A stretch of DNA of 64,000 nucleotides, taken from positions 32,001 through 96,000 of IMG/VR virus record IMGVR_UViG_2700988794_000001; one strand, 5' to 3'. Both the position numbers and the translations under genes were made by a program. This stretch comes from a virus. Its lineage: Duplodnaviria > Caudoviricetes. Positions 32,917 through 43,266 of the stretch are shown one piece after another (positions within the stretch are counted from its first letter, which is position 1; the number at the start of each line of letters is the position of its first letter). The notes under the pieces are model-generated. The model was not told the origin of the DNA and searched no databases. It worked only from the letters and a program-made list of their open reading frames with translations.

Positions 32917-33383
32917 TGGGCAAGAAGCGCCGACATACGCGGGTGCCGCCCAAGCCCAAGAGCTACAGCCGGGCGCTCCCTGGTCAGTGCCGGTTCTGCG
33001 CTAAGCCCATCTTCAAGAACGGCTTCATCCACAAGCGGGCGCAATGGCATCCTATGTGCGCCCTCACCTGGACGATCATGAACAGCCCCAAGGACGCCCG
33101 GCGGTTCGTCTTCATCCGAGACCACGGTATCTGCGCACACTGCAACTACGATTGCTCTCCGCAGGGACCGGACCACGCCCGGCAGATCGTCCAAAAGCTC
33201 ATGCAGGGCTTCGAGGTGCGGAAGCTGGGAAACTGGCAGCTTGACCATATCGTGCCGCTGTTCGCCGCTCAGGGTAACCCAGATATGTGGAAGCTGCCGA
33301 ACATGCAGACGTTGTGCGAGAAGTGCCACGTCAAGAAGTCGAAACAAGACAACGAAACCTATTCGGAGTTCCTCTGCTCATGA
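32916..33383 (+). CDS. HNH endonuclease
   Basis: RDHGICAHC, WQLDHIVPL, NMQTLCEKCH..K. Confidence 0.85.
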   Translation: MGKKRRHTRVPPKPKSYSRALPGQCRFCAKPIFKNGFIHKRAQWHPMCALTWTIMNSPKDARRFVFIRDHGICAHCNYDCSPQGPDHARQIVQKLMQGFEVRKLGNWQLDHIVPLFAAQGNPDMWKLPNMQTLCEKCHVKKSKQDNETYSEFLCS

Positions 33384-33987
33384 GCGCGAAGCCAACCATC
33401 AAGTTCGAGACCTCGATCCAGCAGAAGGGCAAGATCGCCCTGGTCCCGGTCATTCACCAGCCTTCATCGTCCTGATGGATAGCCTCTACCCGACCCTCGT
33501 CTCCGGCTCGACCGAACGCAAGGGTGAAGGCTTCAGCGCCTTCCGGGTGGACGGTGACATGCCGGAGTTCATCGGCTCGTTCACTGGCATGTGCCTCGCT
33601 TCGGTGCGCAAGAACCCGTGGTTCGAGGATGACCAGCAGTGGTTCCTTCGCGCCTTGCTGGCAGGCATGAGCCTCAAGGGCTTCCAGGAGGATCACCGCT
33701 CCCGCTGCCACCCACACAACTATGGAACGCTCCGCCTCTGGGATAAGTTAGGCCTGGGAGCCAAGCGCACGACCCGTGGCGACTACATCAGCGTGACCCG
33801 CGATGAAGCCAGCCATGAGATGCTCCGGCTCGCCATGCGCGTCTGCAAGGAAGGCTACGGCGATATCCGCGCCTACGCAGAGAAGAAGATGACGGCGATC
33901 ACGGAAGAGCAGCTTGACAAGATCATGCCCTGCCCGACACTCGCCTTCCACGTCAATGCCGTCCGCGTGGACTGCTCCTTGACTTAG
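33380..33987 (+). CDS. Hypothetical protein, possible GNAT-like fold; frameshift near 33458
   Basis: CHPHNYGTLRLWDKLG resembles GNAT motif B (N..S.RL..KLG). Confidence 0.35.
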
Positions 33988-33990
33988 CCC

Positions 33991-34019
33991 TTGACAAAGG
34001 ATTAGGGGGTTGTTAGATT
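33991..34019 (+). promoter_or_regulatory. Conserved promoter
   Basis: TTGACAAAGGATTAGGGGGTTGTTAGATT. Confidence 0.75.
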
Positions 34020-34024
34020 GTAGC

Positions 34025-34596
34025 ATGACAAATAATCCCCTATCCGCTCGCAAGTTTGGTCATTGGCATTGGGAGAAGCCCGACTTCGATGACCTGAAAA
34101 TCCAACGGCTGGTCGAAGAGCACGTGCTCTTGGGCGCTCGCAATGGCCTAAGTGGTCATGGCCTATCCCCGGCCCCTACAACGGCCACACAGGGCTTGAG
34201 AGGGTCGAGGGATGGAAGCGGGTATGGTTGGCTGTCCGCATGGGCCTGTTGCCTTCTCCGGCGCAGTGCTCCATCTGCTTCACCCGCACCGGCAGCTTCC
34301 AGTACCACAACGAAGACTACTCGCGCCCGCTCCAGGCTAAGCCGGTCTGCCAGTCCTGTCACAAGATCGTCCATATCCGTTTCAAGAACCCTGACAGTTG
34401 GTTGCAACTTGTTGCACGGCATCGCGTCGAGGGTTATCGGCAGTGGTTCGAAGACGCCCGGATGGCAGAGCGTAACACGGTCGATGGCAGGCACTTGCTC
34501 CAGATCACCACGAGGGTTGCCACCAAAGGCATGATGGCTCGCTCGCCTCGCACGGTTCGCCTGGAAGTAAGGCAAAGAACCCGCAAGACCGACTAG
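34025..34596 (+). CDS. HNH-like Zn-binding protein; frameshift near 34148
   Basis: YNG....R...W, CSIC, HNEDYSRP, VCQSCH..VH. Confidence 0.6.
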
Positions 34597-34657
34597 ACAA
34601 AGCCCACCCGAACATGTAGGTTTCCGTGATCTAGGCATCACACAGAGGGAAGCCAAC

Positions 34658-35295
34658 ATGAAGATCACGCTAGAACAGCGTGCGCTCGACAGTCTACAGC
34701 CATACGAGCGCAACTCCAAGAACCACGGCGACGGCGACATCGAAGCCATCGCCTCCTCCATCACCCGCTTCGGCTTCAACGATCCCATCGGCATCACGCC
34801 GGATGGCGTCATCGTTGAGGGCCATGGCCGCTACGAAGCCGCCCACCGCCTGGGCTCGACACCGTGCCGGTCATCGTGATCGAAGGCGCAACAGAGCGCC
34901 AGATCGACCTCTACCGCATCGCTCACAACAAGATCGCCCTGTCCACCGGCTTCGACTTCGAAGTCTTGGTGGATACGCTGCGCGAGGTGTCAGAGCATGG
35001 CGAGGTGCAGATCGCCGACATGGGCTTCTCCATGGAAGCCTACGACAACCTCTGCCAGATGTTCGCCCCCAACGAGGTGCGCGCCCGGCAGAACGGTTCG
35101 CGGCCTCAGTCGCACGAATACGATATCATCTTCGACAACAAGGAGCAGAAGGATACCTTCTCGAAGTTCCTCAAGCGGATGAAGGCTAAGCATCCCGACC
35201 TGGAAGAGGGCAGCGCCTTCCTCCTGTTCGCCAAGGAGCACATCGGAGACATCAGTGTCGGTGCCGCCCAGCAGGAGGAACAGCACAATGGCTAA
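34658..35295 (+). CDS. ParB/Srx-like N-terminal domain protein; frameshift near 34857
   Basis: L.PYERN.K.H, SI..FGFNDPI, IVEGHGRYEAA..LG, YRIAHNK. Confidence 0.82.
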
Positions 35296-35983
35296 GCAAG
35301 CCGTCAGCGAGATGCGCAACATCGCAATCGGTCTGCTCGACCCGGACCCGCGCAACGCCAAGGAGCACACGCCGACCCAGGTGGACCAGATCGTGGCGTC
35401 CATCACCGAATACGGCTTCGCCGACCCGGTTGGCGTCATCGAGCGGCCCGGCGGTCGCTACATGATCGTGGAAGGCCATGGGCGCGTCCTGGCATCTGGC
35501 AAGCTTGGCCTTGCCGAGGTGCCGTGCATCATCCTACCTCCGATGAGCGAGAACGAACGGAAGGCCTACGCCATCGCCCACAACCAAATCCAGTCCATCA
35601 CCGGCCTCGACATGGGCATTGTCGCTGAAGAGTTCGAACGCCTCGACGTGGGTGACAGCGACCACATGTCGCTCGGCTTCACCAGCGAAGACGTGCTCTT
35701 CCTCCTGCCCGACCCATCCGACAGCCCTGGCGGCAACGGTGGTCAGCTTGAAGATGGAAGCGACAGCGAGGAGGGCTACAACTCGAATAGCTGGAAGGGC
35801 TTCATCCCTCCGGTCTACAAGTCGAACCTCCGCTTCAACACCGAAGGCGACCAGCTTGCCTTCTATCAGTTCGTCAACGTTCTGCGCGGTCGCTACCTGA
35901 CCGCTGCAACAATTGCAGAGCGTTTCGTCCTCTTCGTGGAAGAGTTCGACAAGTCGGAGGAGAGCGCCGATGCTGACGTTTGA
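35288..35983 (+). CDS. ParB/Srx-like N-terminal domain protein (paralog)
   Basis: RNAKEH...QV.QI.ASI.EYGF.DP, IVEGHGR.LA...LG, YAIAHN. Confidence 0.85.
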   Translation: MAKQAVSEMRNIAIGLLDPDPRNAKEHTPTQVDQIVASITEYGFADPVGVIERPGGRYMIVEGHGRVLASGKLGLAEVPCIILPPMSENERKAYAIAHNQIQSITGLDMGIVAEEFERLDVGDSDHMSLGFTSEDVLFLLPDPSDSPGGNGGQLEDGSDSEEGYNSNSWKGFIPPVYKSNLRFNTEGDQLAFYQFVNVLRGRYLTAATIAERFVLFVEEFDKSEESADADV

Positions 35984-37191
35984 GCAAGAGCGCCTGATCG
36001 CGCCGCAGATCGGCCCATCCCGTTCGCCGAGAACCGCGTCCGCTACCTGGACAGCGACGTGCTGACGGAAGCCTACAAGCGCATCGAGCGCGTGGTGATG
36101 ATGTACGATAATGTCTTCGTCAGCTACTCCGGCGGCAAGGACAGCCTCGCGGTCGCCTACCTCGTCCGTGAAGTCTTCGACAACATGGGCATGAAGGACC
36201 GGCCTGTCATCCTCGCCTTCCGTGACGAAGAGCTTATCCCGGATGACGTGATCGAGTTCGTCCAGTCCTTCAAGGATGATCCTCGCTGGGATTTGCGCTA
36301 CTACGCCTTCCCGATGGAAAGCCACCTGTTCTTCATGGGCCGTCACCTGCCCTACGTCCAGTGGGACGAGAAGCGGCGCGGCAACTGGATCAGGGAAAAG
36401 CCGGATTACGCCATCGAGCAAATCCATCCGGACAACATCCCGCTGCATCAGTCGATGACCTCGGCTTTGACCGTGCTTCACATGGGCCTCAAGGGCCGTA
36501 CAGCGATTTTCAACGGCATCCGTGCCCAAGAGAGCCTGATACGTTTCCGCGCGTCCACGGCCAGCACCGGCAAGGAGAGCTACATCTCCGGCGACATGGG
36601 CGGTGCCAAGCATATCAGCTTCGTCAAGCCGATCTTCGACTGGAGCGAGAAGGACATCTTCAGGTACTTCTACGACAAGAAGATTTCCTACTGCAAAATC
36701 TACGAAGCCGAGCTTTGGGCTGGCGCTCCGCTCCGCGTCTCGACGCCGCTGCATGACGCCGCCTACGACTACCTGTCCAGGCTCCGCGTGATGTATCCGA
36801 CGTTCTTCGAGCAGATCGTGAACATCTGGCCGGAGGTGGCCGCGCAGGAGCGCTACTGGAAGAGCTTCGACCGCAACGGCATGATCCATCGCTACCCGAA
36901 GTCCTTCGAGGGCATCATCCAGTTCATCGAAGAGAACATGGAAGAGCCTCGCGAAAAGAAGAAGGCTATCGAAGTCGTGAAGCAGTGCCGCTCTTCCCGC
37001 GAGAAGAACAAGCGCACCGGCAAGTACGCCGACTTGTGTGGCAATGGCTACCCACTCCTGCACGTGTTCAAGGCTATCGTCACTGGCAAGTTCATGAAGG
37101 GCGTCCAAGCCACGTGGCTCCGGACAACGCCATGATCGAATACGAGAAGCAGGCTGACCTGGAAAAGGCCACAGCCATCAAAGGCGCTTGA
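35970..37191 (+). CDS. PAPS-reductase-family (IbrA/DndC-like) protein; frameshifts near 36005 and 37110
   Basis: VSYSGGKDS PP-loop, FRDEE, GIRAQES..R, KPIFDW...D, LRVS.P.H. Confidence 0.85.
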
Positions 37192-37251
37192 CATCGCCGA
37201 CACGAGTAGGATACCTTAACAATCGTGCAACACGTTGCACCCAGGGCTCAC

Positions 37252-37782
37252 ATGAAACTTTCCGATCATCCGATTGCCAACATCCAGTGGGTAGAGGTGT
37301 CTCGCCTTCAGGCGAACGACTACAACCCGAACGTTGTGGTGACACCCGAATTCAAGCTGCTCAAGTTCTCGCTCCTGAAGCAGGGCTGGATACAGCCGAT
37401 CCTCGCTTGCCCGGTTCCTGGCAGCGACACCGCGCTGGAAATCATTGACGGCTTCCACCGCGCCACCCTTGCCAAGACGGACAAGGAAGTCTCCGAGATG
37501 GCCGAGGGCAAGGTGCCCGTCTCGATCCTTTCCCTGGACGTGGCCGAGCGCAAGATGCTGACCATCCGCATCAATCGCGCCAAGGGCTCACACGTCGCCG
37601 TCAAGATGCACGACATCGTGGTCTCCCTGATCAACGACCATGGCCTGTCCATCAAGGACGTTTGCCAAGGCATCGGCGCTGACAAGTCTGAAGTCGAACT
37701 CCTGCTCACGGACAACGTCTTCAAGAAGCTCGACATCGAGAACACCCCCTACTCCCGCGCCTGGGAGCCCAATCCGAAATAG
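37252..37782 (+). CDS. IbrB-like ParB-domain protein
   Basis: HPI..IQWV....L.ANDYNPN.V, QPI, IIDGFHR, TIRINRAKG.H. Confidence 0.85.
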   Translation: MKLSDHPIANIQWVEVSRLQANDYNPNVVVTPEFKLLKFSLLKQGWIQPILACPVPGSDTALEIIDGFHRATLAKTDKEVSEMAEGKVPVSILSLDVAERKMLTIRINRAKGSHVAVKMHDIVVSLINDHGLSIKDVCQGIGADKSEVELLLTDNVFKKLDIENTPYSRAWEPNPK

Positions 37783-37785
37783 CTT

Positions 37786-37870
37786 GGCAGGGTGCCTAGA
37801 CAACACCGTTCCCTTCGAACACTGCCTCGCTATAGGCCCGCCGGTTATCCCCTCTCCGGCGGGCCATTTT
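37786..37870 (+). terminator. Two-hairpin 3' element ending in a terminator with anti-SD loop
   Basis: GGCCCGCCGG-ttatcccctct-CCGGCGGGCC-ATTTT. Confidence 0.75.
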
Positions 37871-37874
37871 CGTC

Positions 37875-37903
37875 TTGACAAAGGATTGGTTCTAAGTTAT
37901 TCC
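37875..37903 (+). promoter_or_regulatory. Conserved promoter
   Basis: TTGACAAAGGATTGGTTCTAAGTT. Confidence 0.75.
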
Positions 37904-37931
37904 TATACGTGTAGAATAACGGAGAACCACC

Positions 37932-38225
37932 ATGCTCACCAAGAGCCAGAAAATCTTCTACAAGCAAGTCGGCTATTACACCACCGCTGGCGTAGGCAGT
38001 GCCTTGTTCGTCGGCATGGTGATCGGCGGGCTGTTCGCCATCCTGATCAACCTGACATCCTGGAATGAAGTGGACGCCACGGACAAGAGCGCAAGCCAGC
38101 GTTCCGGCGTCAGACTGGTCAACGACTACGGCAACGGATGCCAATACCTCATGAGCAAAGAAGGCCATCTCACCCCTCGTATGGGCGTGGACGGCAAGCA
38201 GATATGCAATGGAGAAAAGAAGTGA
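37932..38225 (+). CDS. Small membrane protein
   Basis: TM helix, D.TD....RSG..L..D...GCQYL.....LTPR. Confidence 0.7.
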   Translation: MLTKSQKIFYKQVGYYTTAGVGSALFVGMVIGGLFAILINLTSWNEVDATDKSASQRSGVRLVNDYGNGCQYLMSKEGHLTPRMGVDGKQICNGEKK

Positions 38226-38456
38226 CACAGATACTCACGCTGGCTGCTACGCTAGCTGTTTTCATCGCCTCGATTTACACGGTTCGTCTTGTTGACCGTG
38301 AGCGCTATGCTGATCGTGCCTCGGAAGTCTCCTGCCCGGCTGGCAAGGTTCTGGTTCTCGACTTCAGCCGCAAGTTCGTCTGCCTCGACGGGCAGAAGCC
38401 AGAGCACAAAGATTAAATTTCCAGGGCTATCCACATTCGCATAGGAGAATGCACAC

Positions 38457-38648
38457 ATGCCGAAATATAAAGTGATCCTGCGCCGCGTTGTCACACAGAC
38501 AGCCGAACACATCATCGACTGTGACCCAGGCGAGACACCCTTCGACAAGGCCAGCAAGCAGCTTGAGGCTGGCGAGATCGAAAGCAAATGGGTGGACAAG
38601 GACATCGCCGGTCTCTCTCACGACGTGTCGTTCATCGACGCCGAATAA
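38457..38648 (+). CDS. Hypothetical protein
   Basis: AGGAG RBS, 63 aa. Confidence 0.6.
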   Translation: MPKYKVILRRVVTQTAEHIIDCDPGETPFDKASKQLEAGEIESKWVDKDIAGLSHDVSFIDAE

Positions 38649-38681
38649 CTGCAACTTGTTGCACGTCTCTGGGAGAGAACG

Positions 38682-39926
38682 ATGCTTAATCCTTTTCGCC
38701 GGGCAGTGGACCTCTCTGATGTTCCCTCGCCCGGCAACTTCCTGACACGAGCCTTCAGCCGTCTCTTCGGCAAGGGCCGCAAGCAGGCGCACCAAGCCGA
38801 GCTTACCAGGGCTATCAATGGTGGGCTCGCCCGACAAGCCGAGCTTTCCAGGGCGCTCGCTTCCGGCGGTCCTGCCAACCATGTGCCCGCTGGCACACCT
38901 ATACCAGTTGTGACCGTGCAGGTAAGCGGCGACGTGCAGGCCGCTGACACAATGGGGCGCGTAGCCTCAGCCATTAGGGATCAGTTCGCCATCAACAACG
39001 CTGCCGTCGCCCGGCGACGAAGCAGAGATGCCGTCGCTAGGGCTATCCACATTGATACGACCGTAAAGGAGCAACCCATGCCAGAGAAGCAGGAGACGAA
39101 GCGTAAGGTTTGGCTGGGTGAGGATAGACCATCCGTCATTGCCCAGCGTGAGGCCAAGGAGAGGGCAGAGCGGCTCGCCAAGGAGGCAGCAGAGCGCCGG
39201 GCACGCATCGAAGCGGAGGAGGCTCAGCGGAAGGCTATGGCCCTCGTGGAAGCCGAGCGTGCGCTGGCAGAGCGACGGGCACAGTTGGAGGCGAGCCGTC
39301 AGCAGGGCTATGCACCTGCCAATACGTCGGTGAGTGCCGAGGCATCCGTCCTCCGGATCGATGAGCTTCTGACCGTCAAGGCTAACCGTGTCCTGCCCGT
39401 GCACTACCGCGAAACAATCGAGGGCTACTACGATGCCTTGAGAGGCGACAACGTCTATCAGACCACGGGCGTGCTGTCGCCACCTCCGGCCAACTACAGC
39501 TACTATCTCTTGACAAAGGACACCGTAGGGCTACCCGTCTCCGCTGATCGCCCGGCTCGCTTTTCTGCATCGATCATCATGCCGGAAGTCAACAAGGGCG
39601 GTCAGGTCAACATCCAGTCCAGGTCCATGTACGTCCACCATGCCTTCGTCATGCCTATCGAGTTGACGCTCGCCTTGCGTGGAAAGCTACCCAAGGAAAT
39701 GGCTGACCGCTTGGGCGCTGTCGTCGTCATGGAAGACGAAGGCCGTGGCGATCTCCGGCAGTACCGCGTGGACCACGAGATATTGAACGATGTCTTGAGC
39801 GGTGGCGGTCTCTACGATTGGGGCAAGTCGATCAATCGGGACTTCAAGATGTTTGGCGCTCGCGCCGCCTTCGGCTCAGCGGAGACCGCGTTTCGTGGCG
39901 CGTCCACCAGCATTGTGTACCGATAA
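38682..39926 (+). CDS. Hypothetical protein with coiled-coil (possible internal start 39078)
   Basis: 414 aa ORF; second RBS AAGGAG before MPEKQ. Confidence 0.7.
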   Translation: MLNPFRRAVDLSDVPSPGNFLTRAFSRLFGKGRKQAHQAELTRAINGGLARQAELSRALASGGPANHVPAGTPIPVVTVQVSGDVQAADTMGRVASAIRDQFAINNAAVARRRSRDAVARAIHIDTTVKEQPMPEKQETKRKVWLGEDRPSVIAQREAKERAERLAKEAAERRARIEAEEAQRKAMALVEAERALAERRAQLEASRQQGYAPANTSVSAEASVLRIDELLTVKANRVLPVHYRETIEGYYDALRGDNVYQTTGVLSPPPANYSYYLLTKDTVGLPVSADRPARFSASIIMPEVNKGGQVNIQSRSMYVHHAFVMPIELTLALRGKLPKEMADRLGAVVVMEDEGRGDLRQYRVDHEILNDVLSGGGLYDWGKSINRDFKMFGARAAFGSAETAFRGASTSIVYR

Positions 39927-39932
39927 AAAAAT

Positions 39933-39983
39933 TGCAACATGTTGCATTTAGGTGTTGCCAAAGGATCGGTTCTACGTTAGGTT
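39933..39983 (+). promoter_or_regulatory. Palindrome + conserved promoter
   Basis: TGCAACATGTTGCA; TTGCCAAAGGATCGGTTC. Confidence 0.8.
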
Positions 39984-40021
39984 ATAAGCATCGAAGCAAA
40001 CAAGCCAACCGGAGAACCACC

Positions 40022-40414
40022 ATGGCACGCAAGATCAAAGTTACCGCCTCTGAACTCCAGCGCTCGAAGCAGAGCCTGAACTACGGCCAGATCGAAATGG
40101 CCAAGCTGTTCACCTCTGAAGACGCGGTCACCAAGGTTCACGCAGACGGCACGGTCGAACGTCTGAACCGCGCGACCATGGAGCAGATCGGCTACTTCCT
40201 CAAGGGCAAGCGCGCCGTTGACGGTGTAGAGATCATGGAAGAACTGAACAAGGATTGCATCGCGCTCCTGGTACAGGGCGGCTACGTCAAGGCCGAGAAG
40301 CGTTGCAAGAGCGCAAAGCATGACATGTACTGGATCACCGCCAAGGCGGCTGAGCGTTTCAACCTGAAGCCGGTCACCTCGTTCGGCCTGCCCTTCAAAT
40401 TCCTGGAGGCGTAA
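40022..40414 (+). CDS. Hypothetical early protein
   Basis: GGAGAACCACC-ATG. Confidence 0.75.
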   Translation: MARKIKVTASELQRSKQSLNYGQIEMAKLFTSEDAVTKVHADGTVERLNRATMEQIGYFLKGKRAVDGVEIMEELNKDCIALLVQGGYVKAEKRCKSAKHDMYWITAKAAERFNLKPVTSFGLPFKFLEA

Positions 40415-40770
40415 GGTGGAGAAGACAGTCGGCCTCGCCGTCACCATCGCAGCTTTTGTATGGGTCGCGTACTTTGTTGCTACCGACCACAGTATGGAGA
40501 AGTGCCAGAAAGCAGGACATTACTTCGACACGTGCGTCACCGCTTTTCGGTGACGCATTTCTTCTTGGAGGGAAGAAAAATGGACAAGATGATAAAGCAT
40601 ACGCATGCAGCGCATCGCCTGTTCATCGCGGGTTACATGTCTCATTACGACATGCAGTCGCTCCTGTTCGTCCACCATCCGGACACTGGCCACGTCGCCA
40701 GTCTGCCCGTGATCGGCAACAACGTCTGCGCCAAGGCCGTCCAAGCCCTTGAGAACGCAGCAAAAAATAT

Positions 40771-40821
40771 TGCAACTTGTTGCACTTAACCCTTGTCAAA
40801 GGATCGTTCCTTCGGTATCTT
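40771..40821 (+). promoter_or_regulatory. Palindrome + conserved promoter
   Basis: TGCAACTTGTTGCA; TTGTCAAAGGATCGTTCC. Confidence 0.75.
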
Positions 40822-40856
40822 ATAAACATCGAAGGAACGAACCAAGGACTAAGACA

Positions 40857-41285
40857 ATGGCACTGATCGAAGCAATCGAAGACCTCAAGGCCGAGCTTGA
40901 GGCAGGCAAGTCAGTTGACGCAGTGATCGAGCAGATCGCAGAGGATCACGACCTGAAGCCGGTCTTCCTGCGCAACCGCGCCATCGCCGCCATCGGCGAC
41001 CTGGACAACTACGCAGAGCGCGCCGCCGCTGCTCGCGAGGCAAACAAATCCAACATCGAAGGGGCAAAGCGCAAGATCGCGCTGTCTCGCGTAAAGGCGC
41101 AGATCGAAGCGCACAATGCTGGCACCGCTCGCGTCAGCGACGGACAGCTTCGCATCCTGATCGCCGCCGCCAACGAACTCGGTGCCAACTATCAGTTGGT
41201 GCAGCGTGGCCAGCGCCTGCCCGCTACCCCGGCGCAGCAGTTCGAGCGTGACATGCGCCGCCTGATCAAAATGCTGATGGCATAA
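40857..41285 (+). CDS. Hypothetical early protein
   Basis: Helical 142 aa ORF after promoter. Confidence 0.7.
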   Translation: MALIEAIEDLKAELEAGKSVDAVIEQIAEDHDLKPVFLRNRAIAAIGDLDNYAERAAAAREANKSNIEGAKRKIALSRVKAQIEAHNAGTARVSDGQLRILIAAANELGANYQLVQRGQRLPATPAQQFERDMRRLIKMLMA

Positions 41286-41291
41286 AAAAAG

Positions 41292-41343
41292 TGCAACTTG
41301 TTGCAACATAAGTGTTGCCAAAGGATCGGTTTGTGGTTAGATT
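41292..41343 (+). promoter_or_regulatory. Palindrome + conserved promoter
   Basis: TGCAACTTGTTGCA; TTGCCAAAGGATCGG..TAGATT. Confidence 0.8.
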
Positions 41344-41371
41344 ATAACCATAGAAACAAGGAGTTAAGCAG

Positions 41372-41575
41372 ATGGCCATCCAGATCAAGACAGAGCGCTA
41401 CGAGTTCGCACACGGCAAGGCACCGAAGGGTACTGGCGGCTGGGCATTCGAGGGCGAGATGTTCGACAAGCCCGTCTTCGCTCCGGCATTCATGAGCTAC
41501 CGCGAAGCCTGCGCCTGGGTCCGGCAGATCGTCCGCCGCACCCACCAGGACGCAACCATCCACGTCGCATCGTAA
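41372..41575 (+). CDS. Conserved small phage protein
   Basis: YEFAHGKAPKG.GGWAF motif. Confidence 0.7.
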   Translation: MAIQIKTERYEFAHGKAPKGTGGWAFEGEMFDKPVFAPAFMSYREACAWVRQIVRRTHQDATIHVAS

Positions 41576-41977
41576 TCAACCACGGCAACTCAGGAGAACC
41601 ACCATGGCCGTCGTCAAGTACAACGCAGAGACCAACAAGCATGACGTGATCATCTTCGGCGCGGACACCGTGTCGTTCGATCACGAAGACGAGGCGGAAG
41701 GCTTCGCAGAGTTCGTCAATGGAGGCGACAATGACTGAGAACGAATACCTGATCGCCCGGTCCCGCAAGTACACCGTGGTGGAGGTTCTCCTCTTCCTGG
41801 GGATCGCGGTCACCCTGTTCTTCCTCGGCTGGCAGAAGGTCGCCATCTGTTTTCTGATTTGGGCCTGCTTGTCCCTGATCACCCACCACAGACGCGTGAA
41901 GCGTTACTACTACATCGACTAACCCACAGGGGAGGGCTTCGCGGCTCTCCTCTGCAACTTGTTGCATGGAGGCAACC

Positions 41978-42490
41978 ATGATCCATTTCGTTGAAGGCCG
42001 CGATGAGTGGTTTATCCTTTCCTGGCGTACCGTCTCCGGCGCACCACGCTGGTACACTGGACACACCCGCGAAGACATCGCCGAACTCGTGCGGCAACTG
42101 AAGGAAGTCAATAGACAGTGCATCGCCGTCTACCACGTCCGGCCCAAGCCACGCTATGTCGTCACGCCGTATGAGGAGGGCTGGGTCATCCGCGACAATC
42201 TGAAGGGAACGATCACCACAATCGGCGGCATGCGCAAGGAAGCCCTAGAGAGCATCGCCGACTATCTCAGCAAGGAGCACGTAAAGTTCTCGCGCCCTCC
42301 GGAGACCATAAGACACGTAAGCCGCCAAGAGCACAGGATGGGTAGAGCCACCCGTGACGTTAAAGGAAAGCCGCCCGTCGTCGTGCAGGATTTCGCGGCC
42401 CTTCAAGAAAAGCCTAAGAGAACACGTAAGAAGAAAGAGGAGTACGTAAACCCCCTCGGCTTCCCAGACGTAAAGATTTCCCCCTACTGA
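41978..42490 (+). CDS. Hypothetical protein
   Basis: GGAGG RBS. Confidence 0.65.
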   Translation: MIHFVEGRDEWFILSWRTVSGAPRWYTGHTREDIAELVRQLKEVNRQCIAVYHVRPKPRYVVTPYEEGWVIRDNLKGTITTIGGMRKEALESIADYLSKEHVKFSRPPETIRHVSRQEHRMGRATRDVKGKPPVVVQDFAALQEKPKRTRKKKEEYVNPLGFPDVKISPY

Positions 42491-42603
42491 ACACTAGAGA
42501 GGAGAGAGACAGATAGAGATAACAGAGACCAATCTCTCTCCTCCCTGATAGCCTGCAACATGTTGCAAATTCTGATAACGAAACCAGAAATGGATCACTC
42601 CCT

Positions 42604-43263
42604 ATGATTTCCTCTTCAACACAGTCTTCTCGCTTGGAAACTCCTATCCCGGAACGCATGCAGCACCTGGACAGAGATGAGCGTGGCTACCCGATCCCGT
42701 TCAATCTCTTCCGGGATAAATCGGGTAAGGCGCACTTCACCATCAACGATGAGAACCGGAGACAGATGATCATCGCGAAGGACTTGTGCGCTATCTGTGG
42801 CAAGGGTCTCTTACGTGGGCGCTGGTTCGTCGGTGGCCCGGCCAGTGCGTTCCATGACACGGGCAACTATATCGACACCGCCATGCACTATGAGTGCGTC
42901 GAGTATGCGCTGAAGGTTTGTCCATATCTCGCGGCTCCCTCCTACGCCCGGCGCATTGACGACAAGACGCTGAAGTCGGAGAACCGTGACACCCACGACA
43001 TCTTCCAAGACCCGACGATGGATGCTCAGCGCCCGCGCGTGTTTGTCGCCGTCATGGACGTGCGGACAGATTACACCGTGCATCCGACCATCGGCCACGT
43101 CGTCTACGTCAAGCCGCGCGGCCCCTATAAGATTGTCGAGTTCTGGCGGCAGGGTGTGCGCATTGATGGTGCGACCGGCCTCGCCATTGCCGCCGAACGT
43201 GTTGACCCGGCGATGATCGCCAGGAAGATCGACAAGAAGACGCAGATCAGGTGGACCGAATAA
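42604..43263 (+). CDS. Conserved Zn-binding phage protein
   Basis: D.RGYPIP, C.ICG, FVGGP, H.EC..YA...CPYL. Confidence 0.75.
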   Translation: MISSSTQSSRLETPIPERMQHLDRDERGYPIPFNLFRDKSGKAHFTINDENRRQMIIAKDLCAICGKGLLRGRWFVGGPASAFHDTGNYIDTAMHYECVEYALKVCPYLAAPSYARRIDDKTLKSENRDTHDIFQDPTMDAQRPRVFVAVMDVRTDYTVHPTIGHVVYVKPRGPYKIVEFWRQGVRIDGATGLAIAAERVDPAMIARKIDKKTQIRWTE

Positions 43264-43266
43264 AGT

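Noticed and set aside
93-37108. Long minus-strand ORFs (93..1316, 1419..3137, 14511..15782, 25848..27122, 35534..37108)
   Set aside because: Antisense shadows of GC-biased + strand genes; no RBS or recognisable motifs
39510-39538. Internal TTGACAAAGGA promoter-like match
   Set aside because: Lacks the conserved spacer tail and -10; lies within a CDS
42492-42548. AG-rich stretch with GGAGAGAGA/TCTCTCTCC hairpin as an origin or pac site
   Set aside because: No iterons or other support; could be a simple terminator-like stem
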